In this document: positions 51,482-64,000 of the stretch, one piece after another | Position numbering within the stretch: the first letter of the stretch is position 1 | Layout: the number at the start of each line of letters is the position of its first letter | Source of the DNA: Lama glama | Lineage: Eukaryota | NCBI GenBank assembly: GCA_028534125.1 | Contig: CM052817.1 | Coordinates: 71,798,001 to 71,862,000 of the forward strand | Reading direction: 5' to 3' | Length of the DNA stretch: 64,000 nucleotides | The notes under the pieces: model-generated | The model's input: the letters and a program-made list of their open reading frames with translations, nothing else | Told to the model about the DNA's origin: nothing | The model's database searches: none | Translations under genes and position numbers: made by a program

Positions 51482-54400
51482 TCCCCGTTATCTACAAAAC
51501 AGAAGAGAAAGAAGGCTGTGAGAGTCGGCGGCAGGCAAGCGCGCAGGGCTCAAAGGGGGCTACCTGTGGGGCGAACAAATTCAACACTAGCTATTAGGGG
51601 CCTACTCTGTGCTAGGTTTTAGGAGTGTTTCTCGGACTTGACAGCCTCTGGCTGCCCAGCCTCATCCCCATCCTAGCCCTGGTCCAGGACATCTGAATGT
51701 TTACCAAGGGGCGGGATCGCCCTCCAGAGTTGCAGCGAATGGGCCCAGGGGCTCTTGGCCTATAAAACCACCATGTTCTGGGAACTTGGGCTGTGGAACT
51801 ATCCACAAGAGTGTCTGTGTAAGGGGTTAAAAGCCCGTCTGAACACGAGGACAACCTTAGCAGATACAAAATTTAGGGATGAGTGGAGAGGACTTTCTCT
51901 TTGGGGACTTGTGTGCGAAGGCCAGCACAGTGCTTGTTCGTTAGATGGAGCTCAGCAAATATTTCTAAAATGCCAGAAACAACTTGTCCCTGTCCTAGAC
52001 AGCAATTCTCGATTTTCTGTAATTCTGAAACACACAGGACTCCAAAGCTGTCCGCCTGTGGTGCTCCAGGAGTGAGCTGGCTTCAGGCCTCTCATCCATC
52101 AGGAGCCACTTTTCCATATTTAGCCACACTTTCCCCTGGAGATACTCACCCAGCCATTTATTTACCCTAAAGTATGATTTAAGATCGCCGAGCAGGGAAA
52201 CGGGGTGGACCGAGTGAGACCGAGGAGAGCGAGGCAAAAGTCCCCGGAGGGTTTACCGCTCGCCAAGGACAGAGAAATAGCTCCGAGGGAATGGCTTCCC
52301 CAGTAGTCCCCCTTCTCCTTCCTGGCAAACCAGATCTTTTTCAAATTTCTAACCACAGCGCAGCGAGCCAAGCGTTTAACGCGCGCCCCCTTCTCTGCCA
52401 CGGGCAAACCGGGAGAGGTGGGTGGCGAGGGGCTCTGTCGGGGAGGGTAGAAGAGCCGTGGCTGCTTTAAAGACAGAAGAAAGGAAAGAAGGTCCCAGCT
52501 CCCCAGGCCCCTTGGATCACGGCGCCTGCCTCGCTCCACGTTAACCAGGGTACGCCGGCGGCGGGAGGGCCCACCTCGCTGGGGTCCAGGGCTGGGGTTG
52601 GGGGCGGGCGTTGCCCGGTTGTTCGAGGGGCAGAGGCTGGGCAGGGAGCTGCGGGGCTTGGCTCTTGACTGAGTCGCATTTCCCGGCTCTCGGCCTCTCC
52701 TGGTAGGAGCCGGGCCGAGGGACCTCTGGCCGAGGTCTGTGCCTAGAAAAGGGGCTGCCCCGCGCGGCAAGCGTGGGGATCCAAGGGAGGGGACAGCCAG
52801 GCGGTTCCCCCACCCGCTAGCGTGGACGCGGGCGGGGACTCTGCTGATCCTTGCAGGCCCGGGGGCCCAGAAGTAGCAGTTTGGCGGCTCCAGATTTAGT
52901 GATTCTGCAGTAAAATCACAGGATTAGTCCCTGATTGAGATGTCTGTTCGTGAGATATTACAAAATTCATTATCACAGCTTTCTACTAACTCGATATGAA
53001 GTAACACAGATGGGATTTTATTAGTCCAGACTTCAAATGTTTACTTATGATAATTTCAGGGGAAATTTGCATATCATCATCATTTCGATAATCTTTTTTT
53101 TCTTTTCTTTTTTCTTATTTCTGAACTGGCTGCATTATTAGCTTTGCAGATGGTAACTGCAAATAGTTTTTATTTTTTAAAATAATGACATATACAAAAG
53201 AAAAAGATCCAGTCGCTCAGTGTAAAGTCAGTCAATTATTACACATTTTCTCCCTACTCCCAAGGTTCAGTACTGAAGACCAAACAAAGCAACACAAAAC
53301 AAATCTTCAAGAACTCCTCTCTAAAGACTGAAAAGAAGGTCAAGGCGTGTTCCTTAGCTTACTCCTACGTGTACTTGTGACTTGTGGGTTTATTTTGCAG
53401 TCAAAATGAGTCCTGAGACCTGCATTTTTTTTTTTTTGCTTCATTTAAAGATCAGGCCTACTAGATGAATTGACTATAACTGGGGAAGATAATTTTTAAG
53501 AAGGGACCTCCAAGTCCTGCCTGCTGATCCTTAAACTTGCCCTGTCAAGACAAGTCTTACAAGACAAATTTGGCTGCAGGATTTAGGCACTGGCTTGAAT
53601 GGCTAATCTCACAAATTAAGATGAGCAACTTTTCCTGTTGGATAGTTGTTCTCACCCTAAAAGTTCATGTCCTGCTTGGAATGTATATATATGCGGCAAT
53701 CTTGTTTTGGCCACCTTGAGTTATCTATTGTGAGCTTGCTAAAAAGCACTACACAGCTAATGGAGCCCGCTGAACCTCTGGCTAAGGCAGACAAATATAA
53801 GGAAATAAAACAATTTGCTTAAAAATAATTTCTGTTGATTGCCATAAGATGAAATTGCTGGAAACAAATACAGTCTTAATAATTCCAAATTCCCTCGCAT
53901 TTCCCTTCTTTCCATTCACATTATTACCCCATAACAAAATCTTTAGTGGAAAGTTTAAAAATAAACATGACAAGAACATATGTTTTAAGTGAACTGAATT
54001 AGTGAGATTAGTCAGTAAATTAATTTGCAGTGGGTAATCATTTAAGGAAATTAAAATGCTGCTTAGCACAGTTCTGTATTTTACCAGTTTAAGCCTTCTT
54101 TTAAACCAATTAATATTGATGCTTTAGAAACACTTGAGGACAAACACGCTCAACTTGAGGAACAAAGCACCTGAATAATTTAAGTGTAGTTTTGCTGAGG
54201 TAGAGTAAAACACTCCATAAATGAAGTAGCTATTTAATTTTTAGGAAAAGTTTGATATTTGAAGCCTTGTATGCTTATTTTATGTTACATCAACAAAAAT
54301 TCTCTATCTATATTGCTTAAGTGCTTTGTTTCCTTGACTTAAATGGTATTTGAATTTTAGATGGCTTTCCTCCAAAATGATGTTAAAAGCATCTTTAATT

Positions 54401-55234
54401 ATTATTAATGGACTAAAAAGAATGCAAGAAAATCTCTCTAAATCAAACGAATATTTCATAAATTATTTTAGAATGCGTGAATTCCGTATATTATTTTAAT
54501 TCGTGTTAGTATAAGTTTTTTTAAAATTTAGTTTACTTTAAGAAAAGAGAAAAAAGATTTCTAAATTGCTTAGGAAAGTAAAATCGTTAAATTGGAATAA
54601 AAATAGGAACATATTTCTCTGATTCAGAATCATAATGTTTTTCTTACTGGACAGTCAGAAAATAGTCCTCTTCCCTGCACACATTTAAAATGTATCTCCT
54701 GAAGTGCAAGATTGGAGTTGACTGGTAATCAATTTAAGGGATTTATAATCCGAAGTAATTGTGTGAGTTTGGCATCCAGGCCTGGCTCCCAGGTAATTCG
54801 CTTGGGCCTGAGAGGTCACTAACTGCCAGTTAAGATGGAAGCTTTTTTTCCAATTGATAACAATGGGAAGGGGGCTAATCTTCCAGTAGCTGAAACTTTG
54901 TACCCGGCCCTTTATCTTGAGAATGCTAATCCTCAATCTGAGGATTTGTCCCTTCAGCGTTGGCATCAAGATTTAAGGGAAGATACCTCGTTTTAAATGC
55001 CAGCCATGGCCTCGCTTCCCACTCGACTTCAGCACCCCATGCATAGATTGTTAGTGTCTGTGACTGGGACGAGGGGAACGGGGCTTTGCAAGGTCTGTTT
55101 GCCAAGTGCGTTACCTAGGGGGAAAGGCAGCCCCAAGAGCCACAAATCACCTACGGCGAAGAATCTCCAAAGTGGAACAAATTTCCAAACTCGCATTATC
55201 TCACATCCCTGCGGGAGAGGCGGCCTCCACTTAC

Positions 55235-55800
55235 CGGCTACCGGGAGAGAGCGGCTGTCTCCGCGTCCCGCCGCGTCCTGGAGAGATTTCCAGCGAACCG
55301 AGGCGCGGGCTGCACCGCAAGCGCCCGAAGGCCGGGCCCGAGAGGACTGCGGGGCTCCGGAGGGTGCCAAGTTCCGAGGGGGTCTACGGGCCCGCGGCGG
55401 CCTCCGGAATCTAGCCGTCACTGGCAGTTTCTTTCTGCTCTTCTCCAGCTTTCTCTCCCGGTCTCGCACTCTCTCTCCCCTCCCTCGCTCTCATCCCTCT
55501 CTCTTCCCTCAGCTCCGACTCGGTGTGGGGAGTGACGTGACGTCAGCAGAGATTCCACCAAACTCCACTGCACAGTGGCGGGCGGGCGGGCAGCCGAGCC
55601 GGCCGCGCGGCGGGCGATCAAGGAGCGAGCGCAGCGCTCGGGCGAGCACGGGGGGGAGCCAGCAGGGGCGCGAGACGCGGGGCAGGGGAGGGAGGTGGAG
55701 GCCCGCGGGCGGAGAGTCGGGAGCCAGGGAAAGAGCCCGGAGAGCGAAAGGAGAGGGAGTCGGGCAGGGCGCTTAGACAGAAGCCGACTGAGCAGGAGGC
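55235..55800 (-). promoter_or_regulatory. PITX2: PITX2a/b non-coding exon 1 and CpG-island promoter
   Basis: Donor GCCG|gtaagt at 55235/55234. The joined sequence 'cccggtagccg|ataacggg' matches the recalled PITX2a/b 5'UTR. Perfect CRE TGACGTCA at 55538-55545. The 5' end is approximate. Confidence 0.85.
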
Positions 55801-58800
55801 TCAAGCACGCCCACTGTGGAAAGGACGGGAAGGGAGGATGGGAAGGAGGAGAAGAAAAAGGAATCTGCGCCAAACCGGGAGCTCTAATAAATCAGAAGGG
55901 GAGGGCAAAGGCGTCGGGGCAAACTCCCGGGGAGCAAACCCAGACGGGTAGGGAGAAAGGGGTAGAGAAAGTGGCCCAAGAAATGGAACAAAGGATAATG
56001 TGCATGGGTTTGTTTGGGGGCGAGGCATATGGGGTGTGAGTTTGACTGTGCTTGTGTGTGACCTTCTTTCGGGCCTGCAGGGTTGAGGAAAGAGGTCACA
56101 GAAACCAGGGATTGCGGGAGACAGACAGGAGGCTGGAGTGAAGGTAGGCGGGGTGGGGGTGAGAGAGGATGACTGAGGAGAAATCTGGAAAACTGGAGCG
56201 AGCGGGGGCTTGGTGGGGTGGCGGGGTCTGGGAAGAGGGTGGGAGGGAGACATCTAGGAGGGAATGAACAAGGCTAGTCACCCGGGGAAGGCCTGGATGC
56301 CTGGCCCAGCACCACCGACCGGGACGCCGCGCCCGAGGTCAAGGCGGGGTGACCAAGCGCGCTGCACCCGGTGTCCGCGCGCAGGTGGGCACCGCTGCGC
56401 GCTGACCAGTGTGCACCAAGGGATTGCGCTGGATAAGGCTCGGGTGCTCGTAGAGTCTAGAATTTCCTCTGCTGTACCTACACTCAACAAGTTCACTCCG
56501 GGTCACGGATATCTCATTTTTTAAAATGACGAGGTTAAGGTTCCTGGCGAGCATAGTATTAAATTGCAAGGGATGGTGATGGGGGTGGGAAAGGAAGCTA
56601 CCCTCAAATTCACATTTGCTCCTAAAAACCGAAGAACATGTGAAGTTAGGAGGGTCATCCTTTCCCCGAAATGTGTGCCCCACTTCTAAAACCTGATTTT
56701 CCGATTTCTTTACTCCAGCAAGGGCTTGTATTTTGGTAGCAAGAGGATATTTTTGCTCTGTCCTGCCTTTGGGTGGAAGGACTATAATATGATTCTCCTG
56801 GAAGACCAGGTGCCAAGACTTCTGCCAGGCATATTGGACAACGTTCTTTCAATCTCAAGGGCGCCGTGTTAATGCATGTTTTTGAAATGTGTCAGGAAAA
56901 CATCCATAGGTCCCATTTGGTATTCCCACCAATATTATTTCCTGCATAGGGGCAAAACTCAGCCAGGCCCACCGTTAGAGAGTCCTCCCCTTTGGTCCTC
57001 AAGAGAGGATAAAGTCCCCTTTAAAAGTTTTATTGCTCTTCCTAAGTCAATATACCAATCTTGCAATTTTAAGAAAAAAGAATGATGTTGGGAGAACATG
57101 TGTGAGATACATACATCTTTGAAAGCCTGGCGTTTAAAATAACCTAGGTCACCATATATGTGCCGGGCTTTCCCTACATTTGGGGGCTGTCTGAAACATG
57201 TTATGTATTTTCTTGAATTACTCCGTGTTTTGAATTCATTTGAGTTAGCAGTAAAAACAGGCAAACAAACTTGCTCAATTTGTTTTGAGTGCTAAATCCC
57301 TTCACTTTGAAATAGCTAACAGTCGACAGATGGACTCATTTTATGGAAGGGGTTAGCCTCTTCAGCCACGAAGAAAACTGATGAGAGGTCTACATTTTTA
57401 AGCCATTTCTAACCTCCACATAACATCCGTGAAAACTCAAACTTTCTCTTTTTACCCGGTGGAAATTCAAGATAGTTTTATTTAAGGGGAGAGAAATGAG
57501 GGCAAAGTGCCCACTTGCTGTTTTTACTTTTCTTTCCCCTCTGTCTCTGAGAATTTGTATTTCTGCTTTCTGAAATCTTGCTGAGGCAAGAAAATCAAAT
57601 TTCTTCAAGTCCCCGGACTGAAATCTAAGGTCATAACATACCGCGTAATGTAGTGTAAGAAAGACATTTTCGTCTCTGCCCATCAAAGATTTTTGCTGCT
57701 TCTCCAGCCCCCTGAATTATGGGTTAACGTCTTTCCCCTTCTTTTCATTTTATGGAGATTAAGAGACGCTCACAGCAGAACAGCCTTGCCTTCATCTGGA
57801 GGCGAGGATGGGGACTCTCACGGAAAAGTGGAGAAAAAGTGAGAAAATCAGAGATAGAAAGATTCTGAGACGCGCGGAGAGACAAGAGAAAGAGAAAGGG
57901 ACTGCGCTGCAGAGACGCGCAGATAAGCGCGTGCCCCTCCTCCCTCTTTCAAGATTCAAAGGTTTGCAAACCCGGGCTAGGATGAGGGGGCTCCGGGAAG
58001 CTCACATTCCCCTCGCCTCCCTTATGTCTGGAGTCTCGCCCGCCAAGGGCTGGTTAACCCCAGCCCTGGTCGCCGCAGACACCGTGCCGAGCTTTTGGGT
58101 CCTCGCCTTGCCCAGAGCCAGTGCAGCTGAAGTGAGCAGCTGGTGGGAAATGCAAATGGCTCCTGGAGAAATAGAAGATACAGAATGATTCTCATTCCCT
58201 CCTCGAGTGTGTGGAAGGAGCTGGACATACGTTTCACGCTCCTAATCCTTCTTTTACATTTTTAGTCATACTCCTATTAAACAACTAATTAATGCCCAGA
58301 ACCACCAGGGAATACATTAGGCATGCAGCAGAGAGGCAGGGTGCTGGGGGGCTACAAACCACCATGCTGATTTAAGACGTGGATTTCAGGTTTTTTCCCT
58401 CGTCAGAACAGAAATGGAAGAGTGGGCTGTGGCGATTGTATTTAGATTCTGATTACTTCAAATTAGAAGGGGGTGGAGGGAGCGTCCAAGCAAAGCAAGC
58501 AATTCTCTGCCCTGCAGATGTAAACAAGATTGTAGCATCAAAGGTACCAGCTCCTTAAGGGCCAGATCGCCTGGGCTGTGAGCCTGGGGTGGGGAGACAC
58601 TGACCTTATGTATCAGTGAATTTCAAGGATGTTACACTTTTACATAAACAACTCCGGAGCCGATCTCCTGGTGAGATTCACTGTTCTTGAGTATCTTAAA
58701 AATTTTTTCCTGGAAATATACATCCTTGTTACTTTTCCAAAATTTTGAACTCTGTCTAAAGATAATAACCTTCCAGTAAACCAGTGCACTGAACCATTTC

Positions 58801-60024
58801 CTCTAGCCATTCCTTTTGCCTTTTCAATTATTTGATTTAATGTGTAGGGGATACAGAGAATTAAACATAGCCCCCCCCCCACTCCCCATCAGCATAGGAA
58901 TAATGGTGCTGGCTACATGGGTTCAGAGAATTTTTAGTGAGATTCTGAATTGTGTCCCTCTCTCTAATATTTTGAAGCAAGTGACAGAAATGTTAGGATA
59001 AGAATCAAATCGTGAAGCTCAGAGAGGACATAACATTTTGTGATCAAAGCGGGGCAAAACCGAGGACAAATGTGGAACAACGTCTGCCAACTCACTTCTC
59101 ACCCAAGAGGTAGGATTTGGGAAAGGTACAGTATTGTTTTGAAGCCCCCCGTGGCTGGCTGCGTGCTACCATTTACTTTCTTCACTCTGGATTATGATTT
59201 CAACCCTGGCAAGCAATTTCCCCAACTCCTTATCTGACAAAAAGCCAGTATGTAAATACCAATAGCTAGAGATGTTTAACTGCCTCAAACATTATTGATT
59301 TGCTGGCTGTTCTAAATTTTCTTCCCAGCCCAGGGTCTGCTTCCGAATTGTCTGTGCAGGCAGTTTGATCCTTACCTCCGATCCTACAATACAAGAATTG
59401 TTTTTCTGTTTTTAGGCATTTAAGATGAACCAATTGATTTGCATATAAATTAAAATTACTATGCGTTGCTTATTCCCGTGTTTTATAAGCATTTCGAAAT
59501 TAGTGCTTAACCACTTGAGCTAAAAGAATATATAAATGTCTGTATTGACTCACTAATGAATTACCTAATTAAAACATCTTGGGGATGCTGGGCTCTGGAA
59601 AGACTGTAAAATCAAGACATATCAGAGGAGGGACGAATATTGGAAGGGTAACAGACCGAGGTCTGGAACTCAGAACGGAGTTTCCGGTGATTACGAGCTT
59701 TAATTCTGGAGCACTGGCCCTTCTCTGTTGTTGATGATTTTGTGCTTGTTTGTAAATAAATGAAGTAGGAGGAGCGCTCCGGTGGCCGCGGTCGGTCAGG
59801 CCCTTTGCTCTGGCAGGACCTTCCAGCCCTGACCCAGAAGCGCTAAATCCTGGGAGAAGCTGGGCCAGCCCGGGGGCTTTGTGGCCCCGCCGGCGGCCTG
59901 GCCAGCCTTCTCCTCTCCTCCAGCTTCGCAGACTGGCTGGCGGGCCGACGCAGCGCGCTCTCCGCTCGGTCGGAGAGCTGGAAATGGAGCCGACATTTAA
60001 TAGATATGCTAACTGAGCACTTAC

Positions 60025-60230
60025 CTTCGTCCTGAGAATAAGAATAAAAGGTAGCTCTTCTTAAGAGAGGCGGTGCAAAGGCACGCTAGGAGTTCAGAAA
60101 AGGCAGGCGGCGGGAAATCTGTAGCCTGGGGGCTCGCCAACATCCCCTTTCATTTCAAGCACTTATTGATTTGCTGTTGTCATCTTTGGCGACGCAGAAG
60201 GGCACTTGAAAGAATTTCTGATGGGGCTCT
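60025..60230 (-). other. PITX2: Candidate distal non-coding first exon of PITX2
   Basis: Consensus donor AAG|gtaagt at 60025/60024 beside a small CpG-rich block (59770-60000). The distance from the 3' end (about 24 kb) fits the recalled full span of human PITX2. The 5' limit is a guess. Confidence 0.5.
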
Positions 60231-62479
60231 GATCTGAGAAAGGATGTGACCTGCCCAGGCTCTCACCAAATTCTTTATTACCACATCAACTGCTTTTTTT
60301 TTATCCCCCATCCCACCCCATCTCTTTCCCCTCCGTGGCAACCGACTTTGCTTATTCTTAACTTTTTAATTATTCAGAAACTTCCTTACCTCTCATTGGT
60401 TTCCCTTTTGCAGTGGTTTTTCTATCCAAATCTTCCCCCCTCCCCCATGGTAGGGTCTGCATATTGATCCCTCTGACCTTTGGCACATCTGGGCCCCCCG
60501 AAATCTCTCAATCTTTTTAGATTTGAGGTTGAAAGTCTCCACCCTCTGCACTATGTGCACGCTCAGAGATATGAAGGCTTGCACAGACTGCCCTCAGACC
60601 CAGGGTGTCTAGCTGGTGTTCCCTTTTCAGCTTGTCTCTTGAAATCTGAAATGCCTGCTTGACTTGAACTTGGATACTTCTCTCTCCTTCTTTCTTCCTC
60701 TCTCGTCCCCAACCCTTTTTCAAAGCAGTTTGACCATCATGCACATGTGTCCACAACATCTCCACCTACAATCTTTACCAAACTGTAAATAAAGAGCAAC
60801 ACGTGCAGTAGGTTGGTATACAGATTGCATTAGGAATCAGAATCCCTGCTTTCAGGATTCCTCCACCAAGTCTGGTTATGATCTATCCTGAGTCATTCCA
60901 AGCAGGAGAGCTATAGGAATCTGCACTGTGAAATAGCAGATAAAGCCACAGTAAAAAGAACAATTTTAGAGTCATTTCATTAGAATGCAAATTATGTTTC
61001 TGGGTTTTGTTCATAACCACTTATTTTCAGTATATGCAGAATTAGGGAAAATATGTCAACATGGTTATTGGTAGCGAGGGGAAACACCTTGGGTTCATTA
61101 GTGAAAAGAAGACCCCCAAAGTCTACAACTTTCAGTGGTTTAATTCCATTTATAACAGTGGGAACAAATAAGACACAAACTGCCTTGTGTATTTTATGTG
61201 CATTGACCAATCTGAGTTTCCATTAAAAGCAGTTATGAAGAATTTCTTTTAACTTCTGATAGCAACTTCAGAAAGTAAAGCCATAGAGACAAGGTGAACC
61301 TAGGTAAACCCCTCGAGCTGCCTGTTCCTGTAAGCTCAGGGGTGTAATATTGCTTCTGTAGGTTATTTTTACACTATCTGCTAGGGTTTGCTGGTTCTTA
61401 CCAGACCTCACATCATTGTTTGATGTTGCATCCATTGTAGGCAAGCTCAATTACTATGCTGATTTTAAAATAGATTTTTCTGCCAGCATAATCTTGGTTT
61501 TCAAATAACAGAAGTATTTAATATACAAAACTCTGAGTTTTCACTTTTTCAGAAAGTTTTTTGATTGTTGCAACTAATAATAATTTGTATTGCTATATGT
61601 ATTACTTTTATTTTTTATTTCATTTTTTATTTTGAGGAGTGGGTGGGGTCCACTATCACCATTGCCACAAAAACCAAAATCTAAAAATTAAGCTGTTTCT
61701 TGTATAATAATTGGGAACTTGAAATGCATCTGACTTACTGCTGTCCTACAAATGTACCTTGTAAATTTTCTTGGAATTTCTAGCAAGTGTTTGCAGCAAC
61801 AGGAATAGCTTCTCATCGAAGATACTCTCTTCGATGGATTCTCGTTGCTGGAGGAGCGGCCTTCAAAGCAATGAAGGAGGAAGGAGACATTGGAGGTTGA
61901 CAGCCGCTTCAGCTGAAGAAAGCCAGAGTTCAGTGATGTGGTTGAGGCAGTGGTCAAATCTCCCATCCTGAATTTCCCTTTAATTAGAGCACTGACTTCC
62001 TGACTGCGGGATCCTGAAGCACTTGGTGTTTACACAGATTCCCCCGCTGTGGTCGTCGCCGAGTGGTTTCATAAGTCCCCGGTTCGATGACGTTTTATAG
62101 TTGTAGCTATACTTATTATTATAATCTCAGTGTTCAGGTTTTGATGCATTGAGATGAAAACTGCTCTGTTAGTAAGCTGTAGCAGACAGAAGAGATGGGA
62201 CAAGTGAGGACTCACCAGAACTCAAATTCAGACGTGTTTAGATGACTTTGACTGCACACAAAGTCTGGCAGTGCTCTGGCTCCCCCAGCTCTCCACCCTA
62301 AACTTCATGTGGACCATGAGAAAAAGCCACTGGCTAATGAGGTATGATGAATTCTGGGTTTAAGAAATAAGAGCATTTATATTGAGAACAAAGGGAAGTC
62401 AGGAAGCCTGCTATACGAAATGCTATACGAAGTGGAGCTGATAATTTGAATAAGTAATAGAGGTAATAACTAATGTTTA

Positions 62480-62750
62480 TAGAGTGATTAGTTTATTTAG
62501 CCATCATGCTAAACACTTTTGTATTGTTCATCACGTTTATTTTTATACTAGCATTATAAGGTAGATACTGTCATTTTACAAATGAGGACAGTGAGGTTTG
62601 GAGTGATTATGTCATTGGCCCAAGGTCACTACCTGGTAAGAGCAAGAGATTCTAGTCACTGGCATGCAGAGTGAGTAGGAAATTACTTCATATCACATAG
62701 GCATTAAATGTCACAGTTGGAATTTGAATCTCGATTTGTCTACCATCTCC
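62480..62750 (-). mobile_element. MIR SINE
   Basis: 'ataaggtagatactgtcattttacaaatgaggacagtgaggtttggag...ggcccaaggtcac' is a reverse MIR core. Confidence 0.75.
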
Positions 62751-63763
62751 AGAATCCCAAATGTTAACTAGTACACTGAACTGGTGGTGACTGTAACTGG
62801 AGGATCAGAATCCTCTGAGGGGAAGAAATATAGAACTTCCATGTGGAAAATTTCAAAAATCAAAAGAAAACTGCAGAGATAAGAAAAGCAAATATATTAT
62901 CTAGGGGATGGAGAAAGTCAGAAATGCCTTAAGTGCTAGAGAGGAGGAAAAGAGAAATGATTGAATAAAAGACATCAGGAAAGCCCAGCTTCAGGATTTG
63001 TCCTGGGCAGCCCATTCCAGGAAAGAGAAAGATAAGTTCAGGGATATTTGTGAACAGTAGGAAAATTAATGCTCAGATGGTCACGATGGCCTAAGCCTAA
63101 TAAATCTAGGAATGTAGTTCGTAAGACTCTCCCTGAGATTCCAAAGATTCTAAAATATCTAAACTGAGTTTGAGTAGTTTTATTCTAGAACCAAAGAGAG
63201 ATGCAAGTAAGGACTGACTAATAAGAATATCCATGTTGCAGGAAAATGCACGTTGAGTGGGGAGTGAAATCTAGAAAAACCTGTTAGGAATCTGGTTATT
63301 GTGCTAAATCATGCCAGGCTCAAAGGAGAAACGAGATCTTGCCTATCATTACCTACCTCTGCCTAGAGTGCACCCGAGTATCTCCATTACTGTTGTGAAG
63401 TCATTTGAAATTTACAGTGAGATGACTTCCTGCGCTGAAGAAGAAATCTTGCACGGAGGAGTGTCAGGAGGTGAATGAAAGGGAGAGAGAATGATCCCAA
63501 GGACACAGGCTGTGGGAGCAATGCTGGACCTTAGATGAGTTGCTGATGGTAGAACGTGAGCCAGGAGAGAACATCAGGGAGACTTCTGCAGAATCCATGT
63601 CATCATGGTGAGCCTGTTGCTGATCATAAAAGTTATTTCCAATTCAGCTTTGTCCCTTTGTCAAAAATGAGCCAAAATTGGCTTCACTTCAGCCTTTTCC
63701 AGAAGGGATAGAGACACACAAGTGTATGTATGGATTCCCAGTTTTATGAAGCACAGAAGAAGC

Positions 63764-63789
63764 AAAAAAAAAAAAAAAAAAAAAAAAAA
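63764..63789. repeat. Poly(A) tract, about 26 nt
   Basis: Read directly. Confidence 0.9.
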
Positions 63790-64000
63790 GAAAACTCAAT
63801 CCAGTTTCCTGTTTCCTGGTAAAAAATTCTCTTATTCTTTTGTGGTGTATGTAGAATAAGGAAACATGAGGAGTGGGTTCAAATAAAGAAAAATGATATG
63901 TGAGTTCATTGCAAGGGAGACCTCAGTTTGTGCTGTCACAGGAAAGCGGACTATCCCTGTAAATGCTATGGTATTTTTGAAAGAAAAGTTCAAGGGCACA

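Noticed and set aside
54997..55776. 259-aa plus-strand ORF antisense to exon 1
   Set aside because: It lies across a CpG island, is low complexity and has no recognisable domain; there is no evidence it is coding.
62409..62433. 14-bp match to one half of loxP (ATGCTATACGAAGT)
   Set aside because: There is no inverted partner arm. It is part of a short direct duplication (tgctatacgaa twice), so it is a chance match, not an engineered or functional site.

Overview
Mammalian genomic DNA containing the complete PITX2 homeobox gene on the minus strand (about 35.8-55.8 kb, with a possible extra upstream exon near 60.0 kb). A tRNA-derived SINE resembling Vic-1 suggests a camelid. All five coding exons have intact GT-AG junctions and splice into PITX2a (271 aa), PITX2b (317 aa) and PITX2c (325 aa), each with a K50 paired-type homeodomain and a C-terminal OAR motif. 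Also recognisable are the FoxH1/Nkx2 asymmetric enhancer in the last intron, two CpG-island promoters, and miRNA and poly(A) signals in the 3'UTR. CpG islands just downstream of the gene lie where the human PANCR lncRNA sits. The first ~25.6 kb is intergenic and rich in old transposons (L1, L2, MIR, MaLR); about 27-62 kb is nearly transposon-free. No new protein-coding system is supported. The most unusual observations are (1) a ~470-bp high-identity inverted duplication at 6.9-8.9 kb, (2) a single uORF in frame with PITX2c, separated from it only by a UGA-C stop, (3) an orphan CpG island at ~11 kb with a well-formed splice donor/acceptor pair and flanking divergent CTCF-like motifs, and (4) splice signals consistent with a PANCR-like transcript. 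Repeat subfamily names and comparisons with human or mouse come from recall, not from searches.
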